Assembly: GCA_030390025.1 (NCBI GenBank)
Contig: CM059425.1
Span: 165,108,001 to 165,172,000 of the forward strand
Reading direction: 5' to 3'
DNA length: 64,000 bases
Source: Squalus acanthias
Taxonomy: Eukaryota
Shown: piece by piece, positions 24,641 to 36,866 of the stretch
Position numbering within the stretch: the first letter of the stretch is position 1
Layout of the letters: every line of letters begins with the position of its first letter
Notes under the pieces: generated by a model
Told to the model about the DNA's origin: nothing
Databases searched by the model: none
The model's input: only the letters and a program-made list of their open reading frames with translations
Position numbers and translations under genes: made by a program

Positions 24641-27011
24641 AGTTAATAGGATTTAATCCCTTTCCTGCTGCGAGGAGTCGGGACCCAGGGCAGGACGGCT
24701 TCCCGCCTCCTGGAAAGAGGACACGGAGGCGGGTTGGGAGTGGGTTTGCCAGCCGCCCCCAAATCTTGCAACTTTGCTGGCAGTCGTGCCTCCATACCCG
24801 CCTCCTCGGGGCTGACAAAATCCAGCCCAAAGGGTCACTGAGGCGAGTAGTGGGTCTGCGGGAGTCTGCGGGGTGCAAAAGTGTGCTGTGAAGGTAAGTG
24901 ATGGGTGCAAGTATGGAGAGGTGAGTATGTGAGGTGAGTGTAAAGTGATAGAAAATGTTTACTTACCTTTGTTTCTTCCTGCAGGCTCCAACAGTTGGGG
25001 ATGCAGAGAATCTCGCATCTCATCGGCAGAGATGACAGACGGCTGCTGCATTCTGCGATGCAACAACCATCTAATTTCTGCTCCTAAAAGAGGTTTGATG
25101 AGTCTTGAATACAAGGACTCATCAAACAACATAGAATGTCAATGTTTGACAGCTTCACAGAGCTGTCAAAGCATGACAATTCATCTGTGAAAAATTTTTG
25201 ACAGATAAAACGTCATATGCTGACGTTCTCTGTAACCGGCTTCCCTTAATTGGCCTGCTAAGCCCGCTGGGCGGGCTTAACAAGGTCAATCAAGGGAAAA
25301 TAGCATGGGTTGGCCAGAAGTCGATGGAGGCGGGACTAAATCCTGACAAGTGGGTGTCCACCTCCAATAACTCCCCATTGGCAAAATCCAGCCCAAAGTA
25401 TTTGTTTAATTTCTCTGCCATTTCCTTATTCCCCATTATAATTTCTCCTGTCTCAGCCTGTAAGTGACCCACATTTACTTTCGCTAATCTTTTCCTTTTT
25501 ACATACCTATAGAAGCTTATAGTCTGTTATTATGTCTCTCGCGAGTTTACTCTCATATTCTATTTTCCCTTTCTTTATCAATTCCTTGGCCCTCCTTGCT
25601 GAATTCTAAAATCCTCCCAATCCTCATGCTTACTACTCTTTTTGGCAACTTTATAAGCCTCTTCCTTTGATCTAATACTATCTTTAACTTCTCTTGTTAG
25701 CCATGGTTGGACCACTTTTCCTGTGGGGTTTTTGTGCCTTAAAGGAATGTCTATTTGTTGTAAATTATGTATTAATTCTTTAAATGCTAGCCATTGCTTG
25801 TCTACCATCATACCTTTTAATGTAGTTTCCCAATCTGCCTTAGCCAACTCTCCCCTCATATCTACGTAGTTTGCTTTGTTTAGATTTAAGTCCCAAGTTT
25901 CGAATTTAACTAAATCACTTTCAAACTCAATATAAAATTCTATCATATTATGGTCACTCTTCCCTAAAGGCCCCTTTACTGCAAGGTTATTAATTAACCC
26001 TTTCTTATTGCACAATACTAGCTCTAAAATAGCCTGTTCCCTAGTTGGCTCCTCAACATACTGATCTAGAAAACTATCTTGCATACATTCCATGAATTCG
26101 TCCTCCACACTATTACTGCAAATTTGGTTTGCCCAGTCTTTATGTAGATTAAAGTCCCCCATGATTACTGTATTACCCTTGTTACATGCGCCTCTAATTT
26201 CCTGATTTATACTCTGCCCTCCATTATAATTACTATTTGGGGGCCTATAAACAACTCCCACCAATGTTTTCTGCCCCTTGCTGTTTCTTAGCTGCACCCA
26301 AAGGGATTCTACTTCTTGATTTTTGGAGCTAAGATCCTTTCTCTCTATTGTCTTTATCCCATCCTTTATTATTTGGGCTACCCCTCCTCCTTTTCCATTT
26401 TGCCTATCGCTTCTAAAAGTTAAGTATCCTGGAATATTTAGTTCCCAACCTTGGCCACTTTGCAACCACGTCTCTGTTATGGCTATTAGATCAAACCTGT
26501 TAATTTCTATCTGATTAGTGGGCTGTTTGGTCTAATGGTAGCTACAGAGAGCCATTCCAGCTTGTATTATTAGAAATGCTGTTGCCTACAAATACTCTGG
26601 CTCCATTCCCTAATCACGTGGACACATTCCAATTGTTCTGTTCTTAGTGCAGGTAAATTGTCCCACTCCCAGCCTAGACACACACCCTGTGATAATCTAG
26701 GTCAGCATTCATGAGCAATGCTCGGGGAGATCTGCCAGTAATAAATAAAAGTACACTTGAAGCATATCTCCCCAGCAGCTAAACCTTGGTGCCTTCATTG
26801 ATTTTCAACAAACAGAAAGAAGCACCACTAAACAATTAAGACTTGTGTTTTGATGTTGTTCACATGGTATTGCTGCTCTTGTCCTTCTTGATGGTAGATG
26901 TCATGGGGCTGGGAGGTGGTGTTACAGTAATCTTGGTGAATTGCTGCAGTACATACTTTAGCCACAGTGTGCCAGTGGTGGAGCGGTTGGATACTGAATT
27001 TAGTGGCAGGG

Positions 27012-27600
27012 AACCCTCATCTCTTTTTTAGCCACCTCCAGATTCGACTATTCCAATGCTGTCTTGTCTGGCCTCAGATCCTCCACCCGCTGTTAACTTC
27101 AGCTCATCTAAACTCTGCTGCCCATATTCTATCCAGCACCAAGTCCTTCTCACCAATTACCCCTGTTCTCGCTGTCTTACGTTGTCTCATGGTCCCCCAA
27201 TGGCTCAAACTTAAAATGCTTATCCTTGTTATCAAACCCTTCCATGGCCTCACCCTATCTCTGTAGCCCCCTCCAGCCGTATAACCCTCCCCCCAAACCA
27301 AACTCTCTGCTCATATGACTCTGGTCTCTAGTGCGTTCCCTCCTCGCTTCGCCCCACCATTCACAGCCACGACTTCAGCCTCGTAGGCCCCACACTCTGG
27401 TATTCTTTTCCCTGAACCCATTCCCCTCTTAAGCCTCCTCTCCTGCTTTAAGACCCTCCTTAAAACCCCCTCTTCTTCTGGTCACCCCGACTAATATCTG
27501 CTTCTTTGGCTTGGTGTCCATTTTTTTGTTGCACCTCTATGAAGCACCTTGGGATGTTTTTCTACACTAAAGGCGCTATGTAAAGTTGTTATTGTAGTCA
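27012..27600 (+). mobile_element. Old L2 3' fragment
   Basis: Aligns by eye to 15780-16380; tail AAGGCGCTATGTAAAGTTGTT. Confidence 0.8.
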
Positions 27601-27736
27601 TTGGTGTTGTTAAAACCGTACATTTTTTTAAAGTAGCACATACCTGTGAGGCTGTAGTTAAAAAATATAATGGAATAATCTGTTGATCATATACTACTTA
27701 AGTATAAATATAAGTAAGTGATTTGGGGAGCACGAT

Positions 27737-28840
27737 GGGGGCGATTTACTCCGGATACTTTAGGGGCTAAAGAGCCTCCGAGGTGGCCAAGATGGGGTCT
27801 TAAGCTGACACGCCGGTTTAGCCCACACTTAGCGCAAGGCACCATCTTGGTAAAGGAGTTGAAGCTTGCGCTAGGAACGGCCACCTGTAGGATTGTTAAG
27901 CAGCTGATTGCCACTTAAATTGCCTGCTAGCGCTCATTAAGGAGGCTGCACGGCATTTTGGTGGCTAGCATTTGAACAAATCCCCTCTCCTAATAGCGAC
28001 CAGCTGATTGGAAGTAAACTAGTCGTTGCAGAGGATTTCGAACACTTAAACGTATACCACTTTTTACTGTTCACTTGCTGCTGGAGGTTTGAAGAGGACT
28101 TTTAAAACACATCGGGAGACTTTCTGGAACACTTTGTCAAGACTTCACCAACACTCTATCAACATTTATTCAGGAAACTCTCTGAGGACTTCACCTAAAA
28201 AGAGTGAGTGCTGTGATACTCTACCTTATTGGACACCTTATAGGAGTCACCAGGCGAAAGGGAGTGCTTGGTCACCGGCATCTTGCTCGGGGTACCCTTT
28301 GGTCTGGACGAGGAATGGGAGTAGGACATGAAGCCAAATAGAGTTGCAAGAGAGAAAGGGACAGGAGGGCGAGGTGGTGTCCTTCCCCCCCTGCAGGTAC
28401 ACGACATCCTTCTTCCTTTGGGTCTCCTCCACCAGGACCTCCAGTGCCGCACACGAGAACCTGTGCACCCTCTCCCTCAGTCCCTGAGCCATCCTGCAAC
28501 GTGTGGCTGTTTGCCAGCCAGAGCACTCCATACCTTCAGTGGAAATGGGTGTGAGGAGCCCACATATACTGCTCCACGAAAATTGTGTCAAATCGGCACT
28601 TGAATGCTAAACCTTCAGGTATCTGGTTTATGATAGCAAAATACCGCGGATGCTGGAAATCCGAAATAACAACAGAAAACGCTGGAAAAACTCAGCTGGT
28701 TTAGTTCCTCCAGGCAAGTTCAAACTATGGTAATCAGCAATTAGGACCAAAATTGTGTGCTAAATCCAGACTCTCAAACAGGCTAGTCTTATTAGCACTG
28801 CACCCATTTAGCACCTGTTTTCCATCTTTGGCCAAAATAA
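27737..28840. mobile_element. Internally deleted Harbinger (probable transposase 5' on +, Myb 5' on -), with PLE tail piece at 28635-28700
   Basis: Starts GGGGGCGATTT. Minus strand RERVHRFSCAALEVLVEETQRKKDVVY matches the Myb N-terminal motif seen at 3750. Confidence 0.65.
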
Positions 28841-28845
28841 CTAAA

Positions 28846-31374
28846 CAGCTGATGAATCAGTACTCCTCCATGTTGAACACCACTTGGAAGAAGTACTGAG
28901 AGTAGCAAGGACATAGAATGTACTCTGGGTGGGGGACTTCAATGTCCATCACCAAGAGTGGCTCGGTAGCACCACTACTGACCGAGCTGGCCGAGTCCTG
29001 AAGGACATAATTTCCAGTCTGGGCCTGCGACAGGTGGTGAGAGAACCAACACGAGGGAAAAACCTACTTGACCTTGTCCTCACCAATCTACCTGTCACAG
29101 ATGCATCTGTCCATGACAGTATAGGTAGCAGTGACCACTGCACAGTCATTGTGGAGACGAAGTCCTGTCTTCACACTGAGGACACCCTCCATCGCGTTGT
29201 GTGGCACTACCACTGTGCTAAATGGGATAGATTCAGAACAGATCTAGCAGCTCAAAACTGGGCATCCATGAGGCAGTTGTGGGCCATCAGCAGCAGTAGA
29301 ATTATATTCCACCACAATCTGTAACCTCATGGCCCGGCATATCCCTCACTCTACCATTACCATCAAGCCAGGGGACCAACCCTGGTTCAATAAGGAGTGT
29401 TGAAGAGCATGCCAGGAGCAGCACCAGGCATACCTAAAAATGAGGCGCCAATCTGGGGAAGCTGCAACACAGTACTACATGCATGCTAAACAGCGGATGC
29501 AGCATGCTATAGACAGAGCTAAGTGATCCCACAATCAACAGATCAGATCAAAGCTCTGCAGTCCTGCCACATCCAGTCGTGAATGGTGGTGGACCATTAA
29601 ACAACTAACGGGAAGAGGAGTGTCCATGAATATCCCCATCCTCAATGATGGTGGAGCCCAGCACGTGAGTGCAAAAGACAAGGCTGAAGCATTTGTAACC
29701 ATCTTCAGCCAGAAATGCCAAGTGGATGATCCATATCGGCCTACTCCCGAGGTCCCCACCATCACAGAAGCCAGTCTTCAGCTAATTCGATGCACTCCAT
29801 GTGATATCAAGAAATGGCTGAGCGCACTGGATACAGCAAAGGCTATGGGCTCCCACAACATCCCGGCTGAAGACTTGTGCTCCAGAACTAGCAGCGCCTC
29901 GAGCCAAACTGTTCCAGCACTGGCATCTATCCGACAATGTGGAAAACTGCCCAGGTATGTCCGGTCCACAAAAAGCAGGACAAATCCAACCCGGCCAATT
30001 ACTGCCCCATCAGTCTACTCTCAATCATTAGCAAAGTGATGGAAGGTGTCATCAACAGTGCTATCAAGCGGTACTTGCTCACCAATAACCTGCTCACTGA
30101 TGCCTAGTTTGGTTTTGCCAAGACCACTTGGCTCCTGACCTCATTACAGCCTTGGTCCAAACATGGACAAAGGAGCTGAATTCCAGAGGTGAGCTGAGAG
30201 TGACTGCCCTTGACTTCAAGGCAGCATTTGACTGAGTGTGGCATCAAGGAGCCCTAGTAAAACTGAAGTCAATGGAAATTGGGGGGAAAACGCTCCACTG
30301 GCTGGAGTCATACCAAGCACAAAGGAAGATGGTTGTGGTGGTTGAAGGTCAATCATCACAGCCCCAGGACATCGCTACAGGAGTTCCTCCGGGCAGCGTC
30401 CTAGGCCCAACTATCTTCAGCTGCTTCATCAATGACCTTCCCTCCAACATAAGGTCAGAAATGGGGATGTTCGCTGATGACTGCACAGTGTTCAGCGCCA
30501 TTCACAACTCCTCAGATAATGAAGCAGTCCATGCCCACATGCAGCAAGACCTGGACGACGTTCAGACTTGGGCTGATAAGTGGCAGGTAACATTCGCGCC
30601 ACACAAGTGCCAGGCAATGACTATCTCCAACAAGCAAGAGTCTAACCACCTCCCCTTGACATTCAATGGCATTACCATCACCGAATCCCCAACCATCAAC
30701 ATCCTGGGGGCCACCATTGACCAGAAAATTAACTGGACCAGCCACATAAATGCTGTGGCAACAAGAGTAGGTCAGAGGCTAGGTATTCTGCAGTGAGTGT
30801 CTCACCTCCTGACTCCCCAAAGCCTTTCTACCATCTACAAGGCACAAGTAAGGAGTGTGATGGAATACTCTTCATTTGCCTGGATGAGTGCAGCTCCAAC
30901 AACACTCAAGAAGCTCGACACCATCCAGGACAAAGCAGCCCGCTTGATTGGCACCCCATCCACCACCTTAAACATTCACTCCCTCCACCACTGGCGTACC
31001 GTGGCTGCAGTGTGTACCATCTACAAGATGCTCTGCAGCAACTCACCAAGGCTTCATCGGCAGCATCTCCCAAACCCACGACCTCTTCCACCCAGAAGGA
31101 GAAGGGCAGCAGGCACATGGAACACCACCACCTCCAAGTTCCCCTCCAAGTTACACACCATCCTAACTTAGAAGTATATCGCTGATCCTTCATCGTCGCT
31201 GGGTCAAAATCCTGGAACTCCCTACCTAACAGCACTCTGGGAATACCTTCATCACATGGACTGCAGCGGTTCAAGAAGGCAGCTCACCACCACCTTCTCA
31301 AGGGCAATTAGGTATGGGCAATAAATGCTGGCCTTGCCAGCGATGCCCACATCCCATAAACGAATAAAAAAAAA
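28846..31374 (+). mobile_element. LINE family 2 ORF2 (APE+RT), decayed
   Basis: Homologous to 16443-19080; MFADDCT; poly-A end at ~31365-31374. Confidence 0.93.
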
Positions 31375-31504
31375 CTCTCAAGGTGTTGAGAGTGCGTACT
31401 TGGTGGTCAATTTTCTTTCTTGTTTTCATTTTGATGATGTACTTACCAGTACTATATTAAAACCTTTTGTGTATGACATGTATGTTTTGTATACATTAAC
31501 CTTA

Positions 31505-32352
31505 CAACCACAACAACTACTTGCATTTATATAGCGCCTTTAACATAGTAAAACGTCCCAATGCACGTCACATAAGCGTTATCAAGTAAAATTTGACACT
31601 GACCCACGTAAGGAGATTTTAAGACAGGTGATCAAAAGCTGGTCAACCTCTTAAAGAAGGTCATGATGCGGAGATGCTGGGGTAAGGTGGAGAGGCTTAG
31701 GGAGAGAATTTCAGAGTCTAGGCCCCAGGCAGTTGAAGGCATGACAGCTAATGGTGGAGCGATTAAAATCGGTGATGCACAAGAGTCCAGAATTGGAGGA
31801 GCACAGAGATCTCTGAGGGCTGTAGGTCTGGAGGAGGTTATAGAAATAGGGAGGGGCGAAAGGTCATCGACCTGAAACATTAACTCTGTTTCTCTCTTCA
31901 CAGATGCTGCCTGACCTGCTGAGTATCTCTAGCATTTTCTGTTTTTATTTCAAGTTTATGTAGGATGGAAGATGGGAGGCCAGCCAGGAGTGCATTGGAA
32001 TAGTCAAGTCTAGAGGTAACAAAGGCATGGATGAGGATTTTAGCAGCAGAGGAGCTGAGGCGTGGTGGAGACAGGTGATGCTACAATGGTGGAAGTAGGC
32101 GATCTTGGTGTTGGAGCGGATATGTGGTCGGAAACTCATCTTGGGGTCAAATAGGACGCCAAGGTTGTGAACGGTCTGGTTCAACCTCAGACAGTGACCA
32201 GGGAGAGGGATGGAGTCGGTGGCTACAGAATGGATTTTGTGGCAGGTACCATAGACAATGGCTTCAGTCTTCCCAATATTTAGTTGGAGGAAATTTATGC
32301 TCATCCAGGACTGGATGTCATAAAAGTAGTGTGACAAAGCAGAGACAGTGGA
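31505..32352 (-). mobile_element. L2 3' fragment with two small PLE-derived inserts
   Basis: Tail (CAA)n-CTTGCATTTATATAGCGCC; minus strand [12 protein letters not shown]; aligns to 58418-59300. Confidence 0.88.
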
Positions 32353-32379
32353 GGATTTTTGAGTACTATTTTTCCTGCG

Positions 32380-32906
32380 GTCATCTTGAGGTCAGCCAAA
32401 ACTCGGCTGCCCGTGTCCTACTCGCACCAAGTCCAGTCACCCATCACCCCTGTGCTCACTGACCTACATTGGCTCCTGGTTAAGTAATGCCTCGATTTTA
32501 AAATTCTCATCCTTGTTTTCAAATCGCTCCGTGGTCTCGGCCCTCCCTATCTCTGTAATCTCCTCCAGCCCCACAACCCCCCTGAGACATCTGCAATCCT
32601 CTAATTCTGGCCTCTTAAGCATTCCTGATTTTAATGGCTCAACCATTGGTAGCTGTGCCTCCAGCTGCCAAGGCCCTATGTTCTGGAATTCCCTCCCTTA
32701 ACCTCTTCAGCTCTCTACCTCTTTCCTTCTTTATGACGCTTCTTAAAACCTACCTCTTTGACCAAGCTTTTGGTCATCTGTCCGAATTTCTCCTTATGTG
32801 GATCGGTGTCAAATTTTGTTTTATAACACTCCTGTGAAGCGCCTTGGGACAGTTTGCTATATTAAAGGCGCTATCTAAATACAAGTTGTTTATGTTGTTT
32901 TTGTTG
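32380..32906 (+). mobile_element. L2 3' fragment
   Basis: Aligns to 15865-16385, same tail. Confidence 0.9.
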
Positions 32907-32907
32907 A

Positions 32908-33517
32908 GGTGAGTTCAGAAAATTTGGGGTTGGCCTTCTGCCCGGCGCTTCAACCTGGCTGTGACCCTAACCCATTTTCCTGAGTCAAGGGTTATTAGTT
33001 ATGCAGGTTTTGCAGGATTTCCACTACTAGCCTGGGACCCATGATTGCCAGGCTGCAGAAAGCAGAACACCCACAGCAGCACCAGAAGAGGAGGAGCAAG
33101 GTTTCAATGTTTCAGAAACACCATGAAGATCTTTTAGGCCAATGGGCAGAGGCCTTCATTGGGTAAATGTCTGCGGTTACAAGAGGACGAGATGGTCACT
33201 ACTGGGTCCTCTTCTCCAAAAGGGCGAGCATTCTACCGCTGCCCCAAGGTCTACTGCCACTCATGGTGGTCGCTGGAGTCAGAGGCAGTAGCAGTGAAAG
33301 GCAGGGAAATCAGGTAGGTATCCAAGCCCTGCCTTCCTGTTGTCATTTACATGTGGCGGGGCAGCCAGATACCTTCCCTGCTGAGTTGGGGAGGAAAATT
33401 GAGACCATTGCTGGTAGTGGCGGGGTTGGGGCTGTCGGCCTTCCTGCCCAATTTCTCCTGATTCCTCTTGATTTTCTATTGCTATACTGCCCGATTTTCC
33501 AACAGAAAATCCAGCCC
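32908..33517. mobile_element. Degenerate Harbinger-type MITE
   Basis: Ends GAAAATCCAGCCC, the same TIR as 25394; left end eroded. Confidence 0.6.
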
Positions 33518-36047
33518 TATATGTCAACGTTTATAAGGTGTCAATATTTGTGTCACCCTTTCAACGTTAAACTATATATGCCAACATTTGGCGGTTGATC
33601 TTAATTATCTTGATCTAAAACATTGTAGACTTCTGGATGCTATTTAGAGCTTTTGCATCTATCAGTGTATCCTCCCATCTTGTTTTTTAACTCTTGTTTT
33701 CTGGTTTGCTAGCTCCCCAATCGCCCAATTCTGTTTAAATTTAGAATTATTTAAATACTGCCACTGCCCCGTGCCCTCCGTCGACCAGTCCTGTTCTCTC
33801 CCACTGCCGAATTAGGCCCTACCTGCCCCCTAAGGCCCTGCTTCAGTACCCTGATTGTGGCCCCTGTTGACTCCCTATCTGCATTCCAACAGGAGATTCA
33901 GTACTTTATTTAAAATTTGCTGCACCACTGCAGTTGAAACGACTAAATGGCATGTGAAAAATAGTTAATCAAAAGATCTGGACCTTTCTATGCAGGCCAT
34001 CTGCCTCCACTTGCGGCTGTCATCCCTTCTGGGCTCCCAAACCCTTTTAGTACTCCCCTAGCACCACCACCTAAAGAAAATTGATAAAACCACACAAAAC
34101 CCAGCGCCTCCAAATACTTCCAAAGTTCAGGCTCTCTCTGAGGTGCCGCTGCATCCTCTAACATGGTCTTTTTCTCTTTCTGTCTCTCTGTTGACCTCTC
34201 CCAGTGGTTCCATCCTCAGATACACAAGTGCTATCCTGCCCTAACCCTCGAATGTATTCTCACACCCCAAGCCCCCTTCACGTCCCCAGTGTTCTTAGTC
34301 CACATGGTGCTCCCAGACACCAGTCCCACTCTCTCCATATTTTAGTTGTAAATTTTGTTTTATAAATTTATAATAGAAACATGAGGAGCAGAGTTCCAAG
34401 TAACTGTAGATAGAATAATAAGTTAGGAATATAATGGATAGAAAGCAAACTAATCAATCCTAATTGTGTCTGAATTTCTCCGCCAGTTTTCCGTTCCGAA
34501 GATTTGTCGATCCTGACCCTTGTTTGATCTTCAAATAATGCTTTCTTAACGGTACTGAAAAACAAGGGATTGTGAAGAAATAAAAGATTTTCCAGAATTC
34601 AGAGGTGAAAAAAGTTCCTGTTTTAAGGTGAAACAGTGACATTGTATGATAAATTAAAAAGTCAAATGGCAAACAATGGTCAATAATTATTTATAAATGC
34701 AGAGTAGTTGGCAGGAACAGATGTGAAGTCTGTTAGTTCCTGATTTGTACTTTGTACCATGTTACCTTTTAATAGCGTGTGATAACTGTAACAGTGCAGT
34801 CAAATGAAAGGCTCAGGTGATGGTTGCCAGGTGACATCAAAAAGGTTCTCGTGCAGTAAACTGACAGGTTTCTGGCTCATCCTTTGCCTGCTGGGAGCAG
34901 GAGTTCAGGAAATGAGTCTCCCGAGGAGTTCCAGTTCCAGCTCAGCACAGAGGTACACACCAGATGGTGATCTTGGCAGTGAGACAAGCTTTGGAATAGA
35001 GACCTGATTTGAATCGAGTGATCCTTTTTGCAGTTTATATGCCTCAGACAAAAAGGAAAAAGCAGCTTCCTTGGTTTTTGATTCATGAGCATCTTGAGAA
35101 CCAAGCCTTTGTTCATTTTACCAATAGATAGCTATAATTTTATGTAAGGGAACATTTTCTAAGACTCTGCTGCTGGGGGTGGGGGAGGGGGGAGTCTCAC
35201 CAGTCAGCGGCACAAATTGAACATTTAGATGTGTACTGCATATAGTTTTTCAACCACAATTGATCAGAAAATCGCAGAGAGCATGCACCCTGTTTCCAAT
35301 TTGCACTGTAGGCGAGATTTCCCATTGACAGCACAGACTTGGAAAATTATCTCAGTAAACCCAATTTTTAAGAATGTTTTGCAGATCTGTTAGTGTAATT
35401 TTTACTTTGATGTGATATACTTAAAATACTTTGTGGTAATTTTTCCTCTTTTAGAAGGAATATTTTCTCTGGTGAATACTAAACTATTAAAATAATCATA
35501 TATCGAAATGATGGCTGGTAGCCGCTTTCCCTCTGTCAAATTTGTGAAAGATGAATTCAATTTGGGAATTGTAGAAAAACAGCCAATTACAATTCAGCTG
35601 AAATAATTCTGTTTTCATACTTTTTAAACATCTGATTTGGCACTTAAATGAAAACACTGAGTTAACTGACTTAAGACCAGACATTGAGTGAGCAAAACTT
35701 GTGGTCGAGCAAAGTGCTTTGTTGTAGTGTGACAAATCCTGGGATTGCGTACACTGACTGGATTATGAAATTTGCTACCTGAGTATCACAATTTTGCATA
35801 AAAAGCCACTGAGATAGGGAAAGTGCCAATTTCTGACAGGACCTAAGCAATAGCAAATCACTTGCCCTGCTTATTGGAAGTGGATTTTGTGAATCTGCAC
35901 CCTCACTCCCGATGCTAGCTTGCAAACTTGAATGGAAGTTTAGGAAAAAGTTTTTGTTTCTATTTTTTGCACAAGGACAATTTTCCATTCCTAGTGCAAG
36001 CCATGTCTGAAATGTTATGAGCTGGTGCTAATTTTGCCTGAGTGATA

Positions 36048-36228
36048 AAGGTGAAATTTGACTTGGGCAGAGACGCAAAACGTGGTGTGCCCCCCCCCCC
36101 AGTTATACGTCCTGTCCGATATTCAGTTCCATTGACTTCAATAGAACTGAATATCAGGCGTGGCGTATAACCGGCGGCAGATGCGATACCGCCCATTTTG
36201 CATCCCTGCCCAAGTCAAATTTCACCCC
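36048..36228. mobile_element. Small (~180 bp) MITE
   Basis: Perfect 21-bp inverted repeat GGTGAAATTTGACTTGGGCAG (36050-36070 / 36206-36226); central palindrome TTCCATTGA-CT-TCAATAGAA. Confidence 0.8.
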
Positions 36229-36287
36229 AGAATGTGTTACCAGCACTCAAATTTCCTGCCTCAGCAACTTTATCCATGCAACCTTAT

Positions 36288-36866
36288 ACCTGAAACCCTC
36301 ATCCATGCCTTTTTTACCGCTAGACTTGACTATTCCAATGCTCCCCTGGCCGTCCTTCCATCTTCCACCCTACATAAACTTGAGCTCATCCAAAACTCTG
36401 CTTCCCATATCCTAACTTGCACCAAGCCCCGTTCACCCATCACCCCTGTGCTTGCTGACCTACATTAGCTCCCGGTCTGGCAACGCCTCAATTTTAAAAT
36501 TCTCATCCTTGTTTTCAAATCCTTCCATGGCCTCACCCCTCCCTATCTCTGTAACCTCCTCCAGCCGTACAACCCCCCGAGATAGCTGCGTTTCTCCAAT
36601 TCTGGCCTCTTGCGCATTCTCAATTATAGTCGCTCCACCGTGCCTCCAGCTGCCAAGGCCCTAAGCTCTGGAATTCCCTCCCTAAACCTCTTTACCTCTC
36701 TTCCTTCCTTTACGTCGCTCCTTAAAACTGACCTCTTTGACCAAGCTTTTGGTCACCTTTCTTAATGTCTCCTTATGTGGCTCAGTGTCAGATTTTGTTT
36801 GCTATGTGAAGCATCTTGGGACGTTTTACTACGTTAAAGGTGGTATATAAATGCAAGTTGTTGTTA
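36288..36866 (+). mobile_element. L2 3' fragment
   Basis: PETLIHAFFTARLDYSNA...LIQNSA; L2 tail TATATAAATGCAAGTTGTTGTT. Confidence 0.9.

Larger units (their letters stand above)
23262..25394. mobile_element. Harbinger-type foldback element with ~450-550 bp imperfect inverted arms; 3-bp TSD AAA
   Basis: GGGCTGGATTTTG(T/C)CAATGGG at both ends. Arms align at least to GAAACAAAG|GTAAGT (23692 and 24966). Removal restores the CR1 frame LNKYF|VSVFTEED. Confidence 0.9.
21537..26510 (-). mobile_element. CR1 LINE ORF2 (APE+RT) with (TTCTTATG)n tail, interrupted at 23262-25394
   Basis: ORFs 25578-26465 (APE), 22677-23261 and 21626-22536 (RT); TSD CTGATTA at 21530-21536 and 26511-26517. Confidence 0.95.
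21250..26830 (-). mobile_element. Possible very old Gypsy-like integrase C-terminal remnant (21250-21536 plus 26511-26830), split by a CR1
   Basis: Minus strand at ~26710-26745 reads ITGRSPRALLMN (compare Gypsy TTGxSPAELLM), followed by ARVFVGN...W. Flanks rejoin through the CR1 TSD CTGATTA. Confidence 0.4.

Noticed and set aside
34804..35007. ORF with a hydrophobic stretch as a signal-peptide exon
   Set aside because: Weak donor, no recognisable homology, and phase not compatible with exon 41381; kept only as a possible regulatory island.
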